NCBI GenBank assembly: GCA_964514555.1
Contig: CAZERM010000001.1
Span: 9,682 to 73,681 of the forward strand
Direction of reading: 5' to 3'
DNA length: 64,000 nt
Source: an uncultured Lachnospiraceae bacterium
GTDB taxonomy: Bacteria; Bacillota; Clostridia; Oscillospirales; CAG-272
The notes under the pieces were generated by a model. It saw only the letters and a program-made list of their open reading frames with translations. It was not told where the DNA came from and ran no database searches. A program made the position numbers and the translations under genes. Every line of letters begins with the position of its first letter. Within the stretch, counting starts at the first letter, position 1. Positions 63,807-64,000 of the stretch are shown here, one piece after another.

Positions 63807-64000
63807 ATGAAACTCGCAGGTTCAGATATACTCGTTGAGACCTTGATCGAGCAGGGAACGGATGTCGTTTTCGGTTACCCGGGCGGTCAGGTACTCAATA
63901 TATATGACTCTCTCTACCTCAAATCTGACAGAATAAAACATATCATAACAGCTCACGAACAGGGCGCGGCTCACGCAGCAGACGGCTACGCGAGATCCAC
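63807..64000 (+). CDS. ilvB: Acetolactate synthase large subunit, N-terminal part (runs off the right edge)
   Basis: Own translation: MKLAGSDILVETLIEQGTDVVFGYPGGQVLNIYDSLY...ITAHEQGAAHAADGYAR, the canonical ThDP-enzyme N-terminus. SD AGGAGG. Confidence 0.85.
   Translation, partial: MKLAGSDILVETLIEQGTDVVFGYPGGQVLNIYDSLYLKSDRIKHIITAHEQGAAHAADGYARS

Noticed and set aside
1-64000. Search for prophage, IS/transposase, integrase, toxin-antitoxin, restriction-modification or other defence modules, and for tRNA/rRNA genes.
   Set aside because: No ORF showed the corresponding motifs, and no cloverleaf-like or rRNA-like sequence was seen in the intergenic regions. The window is essentially core chromosome.

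Overview
This is a 64-kb chromosomal segment from a spore-forming Firmicute, probably a Clostridia / Oscillospirales-like gut organism. The markers for that call are spoVT, spoVG, addB, T-box leaders and BspA-type LRR proteins. I support about 57 protein genes, nearly all housekeeping, and all calls rest on motif recognition by eye with no searches run.

Gene content, left to right:
- Cell envelope and division: mltG (partial), uppP, ftsK, murC.
- Nucleotide and cofactor genes: tmk, a 5-formyl-THF cyclo-ligase, dCMP deaminase, nadE, tadA, a queG-like gene.
- DNA metabolism: addB and a parE/parC-type topoisomerase pair.
- Transport: an ECF transporter and two further ABC importers.
- A 9-gene operon for chorismate, Phe and Tyr synthesis.
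- ilvA-ridA, pyk, and the start of ilvB.

I found no rRNA, tRNA, CRISPR array, IS element, prophage or recognisable defence or toxin system, so I cannot point to a novel multi-gene protein system here.

What stands out is non-coding:
1. A Tyr-rich 18-codon leader ORF with a chain of alternative helices and a terminator lies upstream of the aro/phe/tyr operon.
2. An Ile/Val-rich 35-codon leader ORF with a terminator lies upstream of ilvB.
3. Two classical T-boxes sit between them: a UGG (Trp) specifier before an ABC importer and an AUC (Ile) specifier before ilvA-ridA.
4. A family of intergenic repeats includes a ~208-nt element present twice in opposite orientation with one compensatory base-pair change, GGGGCGACC-type hairpin modules, and identical 29-nt AT-rich palindromes.

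Smaller oddities:
- A TSUP transporter is split into two half-size genes.
- An orphan response regulator with Glu at the phospho-acceptor position follows parC.
- addB has no adjacent addA.
- Tandem duplications sit in two promoter or 5'-UTR regions.
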